Of a stretch of DNA of 64,000 bases, positions 28,582 to 38,220 are shown piece after piece. The DNA lies in the NCBI GenBank assembly GCA_028286565.1, contig JAQBRH010000002.1, positions 81,876 through 145,875 of the forward strand, written 5' to 3'. Made by a program: the position numbers and the translations under genes. How positions within the stretch are numbered: position 1 is the stretch's first letter; the number at the start of each line of letters is the position of its first letter. The notes under the pieces are model-generated. The model searched no databases, was not told the DNA's origin, and was given only the letters and a program-made list of their open reading frames with translations. The DNA is from Parcubacteria group bacterium (lineage in GTDB: Bacteria; Patescibacteriota; Minisyncoccia; Phycocordibacterales; Zambryskibacteraceae).

Positions 28582-28607
28582 AAGAGCGCCTGACCAGCGC
28601 TCTTTTT
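28582..28607 (+). terminator. Intrinsic terminator
   Basis: AAGAGCGC-CTGACCA-GCGCTCTTTTT. Confidence 0.8.
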
Positions 28608-28612
28608 CTTAT

Positions 28613-30253
28613 TTATTTTCTTCGGATCGGAAGTTCGAGGTAGAAGGTGGAGCCTTTGCCCGAACCTTCGGATTCGACCCAGACTCGGCCCTTGTGGGCT
28701 TCGACGACCGCCTTCACGAAGGCCAGGCCGTAGCCGGTCGAGTTTATATTTATTTTCAAAGAATCCTTGCCTCGGCCTCCCTTGGTAAACAATTTCGGCT
28801 TGTCTTCTTCGGAGATTCCCACGCCCGTATCCTGGACCGAGAGGGTCATCTTTTCATCTTTGCTTTCAAGCTTCACCTTGAGCCCGCCTTTCAGCGTGTA
28901 GTGGATCGAGTTGTCTATGAGGTTCTTGATAGCCTCGCGGAGCTGCACATTGTCCCCTATCGAATGATATTCTCCGGGCACCAGTTCAAGATCAAATGTC
29001 AGTTCCCTTTCTTCGGCGTTCGACTTCTGGCTGTCCGCCACTTCTTTGACCAGTTCACCAAAATCATATGCATTCTCCGCATAGACCATCATCCCGCTTG
29101 CGGCGGATGAGCCGTTCAGCACTTCCTGGACGAATCCGACGGCTTCGGTGAGCGACGTCAGTCCTTCTTTGATCATAGGCTTCACTTCATCGGGCATGTG
29201 CCCGTAGTCGTCGGTTTGGAGCTCGGCGAAGATGTTCCTTGATTTTGAGAGGTACCCCTTCACCTGGTGGTTCATTATGTGGATGAGGTTCTCCTGGCCT
29301 TCGTTTGATTTTTGTAGCGCTTCTTTCTGCGTTTCAATTATTTCCCTCTGAACCACTTCCTGCCTGACTGAATTAATAAGTATCCACCCAAATAAGGTTG
29401 TAAGGATTAACGTTCCGCCCACAACTGCGTGAATGGTATCAGGGTCCTGAATGCTCAAAAGGGCTGCAGTTAATACCCATAAAGCAAGCACCAGAGCCGT
29501 GCTCCCAATTATTTTAATGTTAAAAATGCGAAACTTAACCATTGAATATACTAACAACCCAAGAAATATCGGCATTCCAAACAATCCATATTGTCCTAAT
29601 TGCCAATTTTCAGTAAAGCTTCCTATGATATTTCCCCATGAGAAGGCCAGCAAAAGAAACATGGTGCCTGCCCCTAAATAAAGAATTTCCTCGCGTAGAG
29701 CTTTGTCACGAGTTCTAAGAAAATTTTTCACACAAAATTGTAATGCGAGAATTGTAACAACAATTTCAATAAAATATGAATAATACAAAGCTACTGGGCC
29801 TTCATTTGCTAAACATGTAGTTATATTAAATCCAGAAAGAACTAGAGGAGTCGGAAGTAGTAGAATTACAGGTAGGTAGAGAATTCCTAAAGAGATCTTT
29901 TCGCTAAATCTCATATCTCTCTTTCCAACAAGTGTATATAAGAGATACAGGGCACCAATGTATACCAAAGGTTCAACAAGGACATCGATAGCCCAGACAA
30001 ACATAATGACATCGCTGCGGTTGCTTGCCCAATAAATAGAGTCGCATATAACCCAGATAGCGAAAGCGACGATGGTATAAAAAAGAACTTGATTAGGAAG
30101 ACTTTTCCGATTTTTGTGGAGAACAAAAAACCCTAATAATAAAGAAATAATTACTACAGGAAGATGCGAGTAGTAAACCAGAGGAGCAACATTTGGCCCA
30201 AACAATAGCCACTGCGCGCCCTCAAAATTACAAAATGAAATTGCGGTGGTCAT
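28613..30253 (-). CDS. Sensor histidine kinase with multi-TM (7TM-like) N-terminal domain
   Basis: Many TM helices, H-box MNHQVK, NLIDNSIHY, DTGVG, GYGL, GSTF. Confidence 0.92.
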   Translation of the reverse strand: MTTAISFCNFEGAQWLLFGPNVAPLVYYSHLPVVIISLLLGFFVLHKNRKSLPNQVLFYTIVAFAIWVICDSIYWASNRSDVIMFVWAIDVLVEPLVYIGALYLLYTLVGKRDMRFSEKISLGILYLPVILLLPTPLVLSGFNITTCLANEGPVALYYSYFIEIVVTILALQFCVKNFLRTRDKALREEILYLGAGTMFLLLAFSWGNIIGSFTENWQLGQYGLFGMPIFLGLLVYSMVKFRIFNIKIIGSTALVLALWVLTAALLSIQDPDTIHAVVGGTLILTTLFGWILINSVRQEVVQREIIETQKEALQKSNEGQENLIHIMNHQVKGYLSKSRNIFAELQTDDYGHMPDEVKPMIKEGLTSLTEAVGFVQEVLNGSSAASGMMVYAENAYDFGELVKEVADSQKSNAEERELTFDLELVPGEYHSIGDNVQLREAIKNLIDNSIHYTLKGGLKVKLESKDEKMTLSVQDTGVGISEEDKPKLFTKGGRGKDSLKININSTGYGLAFVKAVVEAHKGRVWVESEGSGKGSTFYLELPIRRK

Positions 30254-30309
30254 TAATTAATAAATAGGATAAAATTATTTTTCCAATTAATTATAGTATA
30301 CTACAACGA

Positions 30310-30711
30310 ATGATTCTTATAAAAGCAAAACGAGAGATAAGCCCTGTACACGGCATAGGTTTATTTGCTGACCAATTTATCCCCAAAGGGACTCCCACCT
30401 GGAAATATACTGCTTGGTTTGACTCATCTTATTCCCAGGAAGATGTAGACAATATGTCCGAGCATGCCAAAGCTCAATTTTTATGGTATGCGTATTTTGA
30501 TAAAGATACTCAAAAATATGTTTTGTGTGCTGATGACTACCGTTTTATTAATCATTCGAGCGATGGATTAAAGCGAAATATCCATTCAACTCCTAATGAA
30601 GATATAGCAGCACGTGATATTGAACCTGGAGAGGAGCTACTTTGTGACTACAATAAATTCGATGATACTTACTTTGATAGAATGGGGCTAGATCACTCTA
30701 AGCTTGTTTAA
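30310..30711 (+). CDS. SET domain protein (putative lysine methyltransferase)
   Basis: SPVHGIGLFA, RFINHS, ARDIEPGEELLCDY. Confidence 0.92.
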   Translation: MILIKAKREISPVHGIGLFADQFIPKGTPTWKYTAWFDSSYSQEDVDNMSEHAKAQFLWYAYFDKDTQKYVLCADDYRFINHSSDGLKRNIHSTPNEDIAARDIEPGEELLCDYNKFDDTYFDRMGLDHSKLV

Positions 30712-30713
30712 TT

Positions 30714-31295
30714 CTAAAATTTTTTTGATGAAATTGGTAGACGCATAATTAAAATGGTAACCAAGCCGTTTATAATCAGCATATATATAGGGTAAATCCA
30801 CATATCAAAGCTCCAAACTCTAATAGCAAAAACATTTAGTAAGCATGCACTTGAGGTAAGCAACCATGGAAATCTTGCCTCACTGTAGGGTTCCAAAAGG
30901 CTCTTCCTCACTGTGGGCAGCATTCCCATAAAATCGATAAAAATATTAATCAAAAGAATATAAAGTGCGCTTTTTGTTCCTACCCAAACAAGTAAGCTGG
31001 CCAATGTTAAAGCTAAACAAATCTTATCAAATGTAGACCATTTATTGTTTCCATACTTTAGAGACAAAATAAATGTGATCAACTGTCCAATCGTATAGCT
31101 TGCAGGTAGCCACAGGGTATCTCTTGCTCCTAACGAGTAGTAGCTAACAAGTATTAGGAAGCTAACGATAGTAAGTATCATCCAAGTGGCTTGGTCTGGC
31201 TTGGTTCTACCTCTGATGATAGAAATATAATAAGCACAGAAAGCGAAAAAAGAGATTACTCCTGCGGTTACTCCCAATAATTCTTGGAATATCAT
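30714..31295 (-). CDS. Polytopic membrane protein (PQ-loop/SWEET-like repeat)
   Basis: About 7 hydrophobic helices with two related loops (RGRTKP..ATW; KSLLEP..FPW). Confidence 0.65.
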   Translation of the reverse strand: MIFQELLGVTAGVISFFAFCAYYISIIRGRTKPDQATWMILTIVSFLILVSYYSLGARDTLWLPASYTIGQLITFILSLKYGNNKWSTFDKICLALTLASLLVWVGTKSALYILLINIFIDFMGMLPTVRKSLLEPYSEARFPWLLTSSACLLNVFAIRVWSFDMWIYPIYMLIINGLVTILIMRLPISSKKF

Positions 31296-31412
31296 TGCGC
31301 TTACTCCGAGCTTGTTATTTTAAGATCCTTTTTAATAACAAATTTATAGTATGTAGTGATAACCGACATTATTAGAAGGATGAGAAGACTTGTGAGCAAA
31401 ACTTTAGATTTT

Positions 31413-31802
31413 CTATCCATAAATATTATTTTGAGGATATCGCAATCCTCGTTTAATAAAGTTTACTTCCTCTTCCTTTAAATTAAAAGCTTCCTTAAAG
31501 TAATCTTTGATTTTTTCAATGTCGAGGCCGTTCTGGCAGGTGTAGACATCGATCGAGACGAAGCCCCGGGCCGGGAAGGTGTGGACGCTGATGTGGCTTT
31601 CGGCGATCATCACAAAGCCGCTCCATCCTCCGGGGTCTTTTATATCGTTTGCCGGGGCGAATACGACCACAGGATCGCAGATAGTATGCATGCCCAGGAG
31701 TTCGGGAAGTTCAGAAAAAATTCGCTCTACAATCTTCTTGTCATTAAGAAGAATTTCCTCTCCGCCATATCCGTCGATGGTCAAATGTTCTCCAAAGTGC
31801 AT
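31413..31802 (-). CDS. speD: S-adenosylmethionine decarboxylase proenzyme family
   Basis: GEHLTID, IAE|SHISVHTFP pyruvoyl cleavage site, DVYTC. Confidence 0.88.
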   Translation of the reverse strand: MHFGEHLTIDGYGGEEILLNDKKIVERIFSELPELLGMHTICDPVVVFAPANDIKDPGGWSGFVMIAESHISVHTFPARGFVSIDVYTCQNGLDIEKIKDYFKEAFNLKEEEVNFIKRGLRYPQNNIYG

Positions 31803-31821
31803 TTGTCTAAGTATAGACCGT

Positions 31822-32205
31822 TTAGAAAAACAAAACTACCAGCGGGGCGATGAGCCAAAGCGCGTAAGCAAGGTCCGGCACAAAAAATCGATCGATGAAC
31901 GGAGGGAGATCGTAAAGCGACTTGATCGGGATGATGTGATACAAGATCGAAAGGATGATCCCTGCACAGCCTAGGCTTAGGAGTACGGTCTTCATCATTC
32001 CCCACATTCCCCTGCCCGGATTCACTTGGACGATCCGATTCATCACAAACCACACAGGGACGCAAAAAAGAACAAACACACCAAGATGACTCCACACAGC
32101 AGGCATGCCTTTAGCCGCTCCGGTCAAGACTTTGGTGAGAGGAAGAACCGTAAATAAAAAAGATCCGATGTAGAGCGAAAGGATCGCGGAAACAAGTTTG
32201 TTCAT
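31822..32205 (-). CDS. Hypothetical membrane protein (4 TM)
   Basis: Hydrophobic ORF; TATAAT 6 nt before ATG 32205. Confidence 0.75.
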   Translation of the reverse strand: MNKLVSAILSLYIGSFLFTVLPLTKVLTGAAKGMPAVWSHLGVFVLFCVPVWFVMNRIVQVNPGRGMWGMMKTVLLSLGCAGIILSILYHIIPIKSLYDLPPFIDRFFVPDLAYALWLIAPLVVLFF

Positions 32206-32249
32206 GAACTCATTATAAAGCATTTTCATTGTAATAAAAAAGCCCCAAG

Positions 32250-33059
32250 TCAGATGCTTGGAGCCAGTGAATTGTATTGGCGAAGGGCGAAGTCAACGTA
32301 GTCGATCACTTTCGTTTCGGAGAGTCCGTCCGCGTCATCCATGAGCCTTCCTTCGGCGTCAATCGAGATCTTGGGGAATTCCTCAAGAAGCGGATCAATG
32401 GAGTAGAGCGTCTCTTTGCTGAGCCCTCCGGCGATGCCGATACCGAAACCAAGATCTGCTTGATCGATCGCGCAGACAAGGCCTTGCATCCAGGTCGGTT
32501 CAAATAGTCGGCCGTATCCTCCGCTCAGGTCGAGAAGGATGTGGTTTACAACGCCTTGGTACCGTCGCAATTCCTCCACAATCTCATCTGATCCGCGGTG
32601 CAAGGCTTCAGGGGTCTCCGCGACGCATACTGCCCTTTTACCCAGCTGAAGGATGATCTCATATTGTCCTTTCGTTAGGTGCTTGAACTCGCCCAGGGTT
32701 TCTGCATCCGGCCAGCACAGGTTGAGTTGAAAACCTGCGAGGTAACCAGGTCGACATAGACGCGATACCGCGAGGAGCTCAACCAGCAGGTCTTCCTTCT
32801 TCGCATCCGTGTTGTAGTGGATGAATTGGTGAACCAGTCCTCGGCTGGATTTGGCTGGATCCATGAATGCATCCTGCAGTCTGTCACGTTCGGGGTATCT
32901 GCGCGGCCATGTGTTGGTTATGCCTCGAAGGGTCCTGGCAGAGACGAGAATGCCCGCCATGAGATGTATCCGTCGAGGGTTATTGAGCAAAAACCGCCTG
33001 GCGACCCGTTCTACAAGCGCGGCATAGGTAAAGCCCGTCACTCCGATGTATGTATGCAT
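32250..33059 (-). CDS. TrpF-like TIM-barrel protein (orphan cassette)
   Basis: FQLN, ILLDLSGGYG, GIAGGLS, SIDAEG phosphate-binding barrel motifs; own promoter, SD and terminator. Confidence 0.7.
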   Translation of the reverse strand: MHTYIGVTGFTYAALVERVARRFLLNNPRRIHLMAGILVSARTLRGITNTWPRRYPERDRLQDAFMDPAKSSRGLVHQFIHYNTDAKKEDLLVELLAVSRLCRPGYLAGFQLNLCWPDAETLGEFKHLTKGQYEIILQLGKRAVCVAETPEALHRGSDEIVEELRRYQGVVNHILLDLSGGYGRLFEPTWMQGLVCAIDQADLGFGIGIAGGLSKETLYSIDPLLEEFPKISIDAEGRLMDDADGLSETKVIDYVDFALRQYNSLAPSI

Positions 33060-33124
33060 GTGGCCTCAATGAAAGAATGGTCTTTCCCTAACCTACTCCT
33101 TTGAAGCATTAAAATCAAACATAT

Positions 33125-33994
33125 CTATATACCCTCTTTCTTTAATTCTTCCACCAGTTTCTTCGCGTCTTTGGAAAGTTTTTCAGGGATCTGTACCGTC
33201 GTCCGGATGTAGAGATCTCCACGGTCTTTGCCTCGAGGCACTCCTTTGTTCTTCACGCGAAGGATATTCCCGGTGTTCGTACCTGCGGGGACTTTCAGCT
33301 CGATGTCTCCATCAAGCGTCGTAATGTTTCGTGTAGAGCCGAGCAATGCTTCCGTGAGCTTGATAGAGAGATCCATCACCAGGTTGTAGCCTTCTTTACG
33401 GAGATACGCATGAGGCTTCACATGAATACGGATATAGAGGTCGCCCGATCGCCCATCAGGGATCGTCTCTCCTCCTTCATTCATGCGGATCATTTGGCCC
33501 GAGTCTATACCTGCGGGGACTTTGATCTCAACCTCCGCCTGTTTAACCAATTTTGAATTGATGCGGACCTTTTTGGTCGCTCCGAATACGGACTCCTCGA
33601 ATGTGATCTCGAGGTCGACTTGAACATCGCGTCCTTTGCGCATGCGGGCCCCGCCTCCAAAAATAGAGGACAAGATGTCTCCGAGGTCTCCCGTATCAAA
33701 TCCATTGGCGCTCTGGAAGCCGGAGAAATCAAATCCGAATCCGTTCGGGTCAAAGCCGCCTCCGAATCCCCCGCCGCCCATATTTCCTCCTGTTGAGCCG
33801 AATTGGTCGTATTGGGCGCGCTTTTGCTTATCAGAAAGCACTGAGTAGGCTTCACTCGCCTCTTTGAATTTAGCTTCGTTGCCGCCCTTTTTGTCCGGAT
33901 GATGTTCGTGGGCCTTTTTTCGGAAGGCCTTTTTGATATCCTCTTCGCTCGCGTTCTTGTCTACGCCTAAGGTCTGGTAGTAATCCTTGGCCAT
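33125..33994 (-). CDS. dnaJ: DnaJ-class chaperone lacking the zinc finger
   Basis: KDYY, HPD, G/F region, C-terminal domain; no CxxCxGxG repeats. Confidence 0.9.
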   Translation of the reverse strand: MAKDYYQTLGVDKNASEEDIKKAFRKKAHEHHPDKKGGNEAKFKEASEAYSVLSDKQKRAQYDQFGSTGGNMGGGGFGGGFDPNGFGFDFSGFQSANGFDTGDLGDILSSIFGGGARMRKGRDVQVDLEITFEESVFGATKKVRINSKLVKQAEVEIKVPAGIDSGQMIRMNEGGETIPDGRSGDLYIRIHVKPHAYLRKEGYNLVMDLSIKLTEALLGSTRNITTLDGDIELKVPAGTNTGNILRVKNKGVPRGKDRGDLYIRTTVQIPEKLSKDAKKLVEELKKEGI

Positions 33995-33997
33995 CGG

Positions 33998-35905
33998 TTA
34001 TTTGTTTTCTCCTTCAGGGTTTTCTTTGAACTCCGCGTCTTTCACGTTGTCAGTGCTAGGTGGTGGTTCAGTTGGAGTAGCTCCACTTGCTTGCGCTGAG
34101 CTTGTCGAAGCGTTCACAGCTTCGCCGATCTTTTGCATTTCAGTTGAAAGCGCTCCGGTCGCCGCTTTGATGGTTTCGATCGTGCCTGAGTCCTTTTCTT
34201 TCTTGGCAGCATCGATCTTCTCTTGCACGCTGTTCTTTATGTCTTCGGTGATGGCTGCAGCGTTGTCTTTGAGGGCTTTCTCTGCTGTATAGACAAGCTG
34301 TTCGGCCAGGTTTTTTGCATCGATGAGATCCTTTTTCTTTTGATCCTCGCTTGCATTTGCCTCTGCATCCTTCTGCATCTTCTCTATGTCTTCTTTTGAA
34401 AGGCCGGATGAAGCTTCGATCCTGATCGACTGCTCTTTGCCTGTGGCTTTATCCTTGGCCTTCACTGAAAGGATGCCGTTCGCGTCGACGTCGAAGGTCA
34501 CTTCGACCTGCGGCATGCCGCGAGGAGATGGAGGGATGCCGTCGAGGATGAACTTGCCGAGAGATTTGTTATCTGCAGCCATTGCCCGTTCCCCTTGGAC
34601 GATGTGGATCTCCACCGAGGTTTGATTATCTGCGGCGGTCGAGAAGACCTGGGATTTGGATGAAGGGATGGTGGTGTTTCGCTCAATGAGCTTGGTAGCT
34701 ACGCCTCCCATGGTCTCTATGCCGAGGGAAAGAGGGATGACGTCGAGGAGGAGCACGTCCTTCACATCACCGCTGATGATGCCCCCCTGAACCGCCGCTC
34801 CGAGGGCGACGACTTCATCCGGGTTGATGGATTTGTTAGGCTCCTTATTAAAGAATTTCTTGACCGCTTCGGAAATGGCCGGCATACGAGTCTGTCCTCC
34901 GACCAAAATGATCTCATTCAGGTCTTCGACCTTGAATGGAGAAGCTTCGACGGCTCTCTTGGTGATAGCTATGGCTCGGTCGATGAATTCTTGGGTCAAT
35001 TCTTCAAGCTTTGCACGAGAGAGCTTGAGCAAGAGGTGCTTCGGACCGGACGCGTCCGAGGTGATGAACGGGATGTTGATCTCCGTCTCTGTGGCGCTTG
35101 AGAGCTCGATCTTTGCCTTCTCAGCGGCTTCGTCGAGGCGCTGGAGGGCGAGGGCGTCAGTGCGGACATCGATGCCGGATTCTTTTTTGTATTCTTCGGC
35201 GATCCACTGGATGACCTTTTGGTCGATGTCCCGGCCTCCGAGGTGCGAGTCTCCGTCGGTCGATTTTACTTCGACCACATCATCGCCCACTTCGAGCACG
35301 GAGATGTCGAATGTTCCCCCTCCAAAGTCGAAGACAACGATCTTCTCGTTCTTTTTCTTATCAAATCCGTACGCAAGGGCGGCGGCCGTCGGTTCATTGA
35401 TGATTCGCTTCACGTCTAACCCTGCGATCTGCCCCGCGTCCTTGGTGGCTTTGCGCTGGGCATCATTAAAATATGCGGGCACGGTGATGACCGCCTCGGT
35501 GATCTTCTCTCCGAGCTTAGCTTCAACGTCTGCCTTGATCTTCTGGAGGATCATGGCGGATATTTCCTCCGGTCTGTAGTCCTTGTCTCCGAGGTGCACG
35601 AGCACTCCACCGTCAGGAGAGGCTTTGATCTCATACGGAGCGACTGCTTTGTCCTTCTGGACTGCAGGGTCAGAGAAAAGATGGCCCATGAAGCGCTTGA
35701 TACCGAACACCGTGTTTTTGGGATTGGTGACCGCCTGTCTCTTGGCGAGTAACCCAACCAGCCTCTCGCCGGTTTTTGAAATTGCCACAATAGAAGGAGT
35801 GGTACGGGCTCCTTCGGCGTTCTCGATTATTTTTGGGCTGCCGACTTCCATTACAGCCACAGCAGAGTTCGTCGTTCCCAAATCGATTCCAATGATCTTT
35901 GCCAT
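33998..35905 (-). CDS. dnaK: Chaperone DnaK
   Basis: [25 protein letters not shown]. Confidence 0.99.
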   Translation of the reverse strand: MAKIIGIDLGTTNSAVAVMEVGSPKIIENAEGARTTPSIVAISKTGERLVGLLAKRQAVTNPKNTVFGIKRFMGHLFSDPAVQKDKAVAPYEIKASPDGGVLVHLGDKDYRPEEISAMILQKIKADVEAKLGEKITEAVITVPAYFNDAQRKATKDAGQIAGLDVKRIINEPTAAALAYGFDKKKNEKIVVFDFGGGTFDISVLEVGDDVVEVKSTDGDSHLGGRDIDQKVIQWIAEEYKKESGIDVRTDALALQRLDEAAEKAKIELSSATETEINIPFITSDASGPKHLLLKLSRAKLEELTQEFIDRAIAITKRAVEASPFKVEDLNEIILVGGQTRMPAISEAVKKFFNKEPNKSINPDEVVALGAAVQGGIISGDVKDVLLLDVIPLSLGIETMGGVATKLIERNTTIPSSKSQVFSTAADNQTSVEIHIVQGERAMAADNKSLGKFILDGIPPSPRGMPQVEVTFDVDANGILSVKAKDKATGKEQSIRIEASSGLSKEDIEKMQKDAEANASEDQKKKDLIDAKNLAEQLVYTAEKALKDNAAAITEDIKNSVQEKIDAAKKEKDSGTIETIKAATGALSTEMQKIGEAVNASTSSAQASGATPTEPPPSTDNVKDAEFKENPEGENK

Positions 35906-35981
35906 AGTTATGGTAGTTAGTTATATAAGGACCTTATTATAAAAGGTTTTTGTCCTCGACGCAAGCGGAAGCGGCCTTATT

Positions 35982-36515
35982 TTAAGCCGTATATTCTCCT
36001 ACTCTGACCTTTGCCGGGCGGAGTACTTTGCTTCCGAGAAAGTAGCCTTTTTGGAGGACTTCAAGGACTTTCTGATCGTCCTCTTTGTTATCCGCAGGTA
36101 TCGTCCCCAGGGCTTCGTGTAGGCTAGGATCAAAGACCGCGCCCATAGGATCTATCTCTTCGAGCCCGTGCTGGCGGAGGATTTGAAGAAATTGATTGTA
36201 GATTGGTTCGACTGTTTTCTCTCCATGCGCAGCTGCGGAACTCAAGCTGTCGAGGACCGGTATGATCTCGCGTATTGTGTCCGCCTTAGCGAATTTTAGG
36301 AACTCACCCTTGGCTTCCTCGTCTCTTTTCCTAAGGTTCATGAACTCAGCCTGGGCTCTCTGCCAGTTGTCGAGGTTCTCTTTTGCCTTGGCTTCCGCCG
36401 CTTTCAGCTTTTCCTTGAGCTTTTTGATCGTGTCTCCCTGAGCCTCTTCGGCGAGCACCGAGTCGTCTATCCCCTCTTCGCTGTCGAGTGTGATGTCATC
36501 ATTTTCATCTTGCAT
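35982..36515 (-). CDS. grpE: Nucleotide exchange factor GrpE
   Basis: RAQAEFMNLRKR, FDPSLHEA, QKGY...LRPAKV. Confidence 0.96.
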   Translation of the reverse strand: MQDENDDITLDSEEGIDDSVLAEEAQGDTIKKLKEKLKAAEAKAKENLDNWQRAQAEFMNLRKRDEEAKGEFLKFAKADTIREIIPVLDSLSSAAAHGEKTVEPIYNQFLQILRQHGLEEIDPMGAVFDPSLHEALGTIPADNKEDDQKVLEVLQKGYFLGSKVLRPAKVRVGEYTA

Positions 36516-36529
36516 AGGGCTATAGAATA
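36508..36529. repeat. grpE start/-10 segment, copy 1
   Basis: TCTTGCATAGGGCTATAGAATA; matches 37641..37662 at 21/22. Confidence 0.85.
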
Positions 36530-36578
36530 AGCGATTTTAGCCCAATAATCAAGATTTAATTTATAAGCCAAAATAGGA

Positions 36579-37568
36579 TTAAATAGGCCGAAATGACGAT
36601 AGAATCGCAGAAACGTTTTTTGGATCATTTTCACCTCCCCAAACAATAATTTCATAGTAAGACTCACCATCTGGAGCGAAAGCATAATATGCATCGCCGG
36701 CCGATCCGTCTCCTTCAGTGCCTGGCGTAAATTTATTTGTATATATAATACTGCCCAATGAAATAGATTCAATCGCAGTTCGTGTAACACCATTTTCTAA
36801 GTCCTGCGCCGTCATTTTATTCATTGACACAAGAAACTCTTTCTGCTGTTTTTTATCCGTAAGATCAAAATTTGATGCATGATAATAGACAGAATCTCCT
36901 TTTCCAAAGTCAATCACTACTCCATTTGGGGCACCTCTTTCGTACAGGATTTCATCATAGTTAACGAGTCGTGAACCACTATAAAATGGATTGTGGTAAG
37001 TTGCGGGGTACGAAATCATATAACCAACTTCTTTATTGGTTTGGGTTTTCCAATTCGTGGTGGTCGAAGTACTGGATGTATCAGAAGTATTTGTAAATTT
37101 AAACGTAGAGAGAATTTGGTCTAAAATAGAATCTTCGGCGTATAAAATTATGATTATTGGTTTGTTTTTTAATTCATATAGAAGATGCGGTTCACCAGGA
37201 CCAGGGGCACTCCAGCTCCATTTTACGGCTGGGGTATTATTGAGTGCTATATCTATTTTGTGACTTGGTTCAACGACCCCGGCTAAGCATCTCATTCCCA
37301 TTTGAATAAACCCTTTTCTAACTTTATTTTCTATAAGTTCTATGTTTGTATTATCTTCTTCACATAGCCCCGAGCTTTCGTCTAAGCTGTACGAACTTGG
37401 ATATTTAAACTCAACACCATACTTTAAGTTAGTGTACGTTTTCCAATCTGAAGTTTCAGTCGCTACGATCTGCTTATTATCTACGTACTGATTTACAGAC
37501 CATATTCTTAAACCCGCCAAGAACACAGCTAGGATTCCGAAAGTTATTAAAGCTATTTTTGTTCTCAT
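36579..37568 (-). CDS. Membrane-anchored surface protein with two PsbP-like modules (AT-rich)
   Basis: TM, then WKTYTNLKYGVEFKYP...ILSTFKF and WKTQTNKEVGYMISYP...ILSSFRP. Confidence 0.8.
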   Translation of the reverse strand: MRTKIALITFGILAVFLAGLRIWSVNQYVDNKQIVATETSDWKTYTNLKYGVEFKYPSSYSLDESSGLCEEDNTNIELIENKVRKGFIQMGMRCLAGVVEPSHKIDIALNNTPAVKWSWSAPGPGEPHLLYELKNKPIIIILYAEDSILDQILSTFKFTNTSDTSSTSTTTNWKTQTNKEVGYMISYPATYHNPFYSGSRLVNYDEILYERGAPNGVVIDFGKGDSVYYHASNFDLTDKKQQKEFLVSMNKMTAQDLENGVTRTAIESISLGSIIYTNKFTPGTEGDGSAGDAYYAFAPDGESYYEIIVWGGENDPKNVSAILSSFRPI

Positions 37569-37600
37569 TCATTAACCCTATCACATCTCCAAAAAACCGC
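37557..37600. repeat. Promoter plus start cassette, copy 1
   Basis: 39/44 identical to 38209..38252. Confidence 0.85.
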
Positions 37601-37618
37601 TCGAAATTGGAAGCAAGT

Positions 37619-37644
37619 AAAAAAGACGACTACTTGGTCGTCTT
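37619..37644 (-). terminator. Intrinsic terminator overlapping the grpE-start remnant
   Basis: Minus strand AAGACGAC-CAAGTA-GTCGTCTT-TTTT. Confidence 0.7.
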
Positions 37645-37662
37645 GCATAGGTCTATAGAATA
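37641..37662. repeat. Orphaned copy of the grpE start/-10 segment
   Basis: TCTTGCATAGGTCTATAGAATA; reads MQDD versus grpE MQDE. Confidence 0.8.
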
Positions 37663-37710
37663 CGAGAAATAGAATTTACAAGCAAGAGCGCTTATTCGCA
37701 GTTTTTAAAC

Positions 37711-38220
37711 CTAATTGGAGATTAATCCTGTTGTTTTTAATGCTTCTTGGAGAGATGCAATTTGTTTGGTAGTTAAGTCAATGCTCGCTTGAGTATCAGC
37801 GCAGGTTGCTTGTGGATGGGTGTAGTACACACCGGTAATACCAATAGTTTTTGCTGGCGGTCCTAATCTTAGTTCATCCTCATGCCCAGCTGTTTTAGTT
37901 GTGTCCGCTACTCTAATCGTACCGAGCGGCCCTTCCGATGAAGTACAGTACTTGCCTCCAATTTGAGTTAAACTTTTTGTAGAAAAGAATGCTGCTGTGC
38001 CCAATCCTCCACCTAGAGTTTTAATCGAATATGTAAGATCCTGAATATCTTCCGGCAGAGCAAATTTAACCCCGAGCTCCTTAATTTCAAATGTTTGAGA
38101 TTGCGCCTGTTTAATCTCTGGTATCTGTGCTTGCTTAGTAGGAGTTAGGTTCTGTGCATGATACCCAAGCCCCCCCAAAATTACAGCCACTATCCCGAAC
38201 ACAATAAGTTTTGTTTTCAT
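37711..38220 (-). CDS. Membrane-anchored surface protein (AT-rich)
   Basis: MKTKLIVFGIVAVILGGL anchor, FEIKELGVKFALP, two Cys. Confidence 0.8.
   Translation of the reverse strand: MKTKLIVFGIVAVILGGLGYHAQNLTPTKQAQIPEIKQAQSQTFEIKELGVKFALPEDIQDLTYSIKTLGGGLGTAAFFSTKSLTQIGGKYCTSSEGPLGTIRVADTTKTAGHEDELRLGPPAKTIGITGVYYTHPQATCADTQASIDLTTKQIASLQEALKTTGLISN

Noticed and set aside
35906-36578. CIRCE/HrcA operator for grpE-dnaK-dnaJ
   Set aside because: No TTAGCACTC-N9-GAGTGCTAA match seen in either intergenic region
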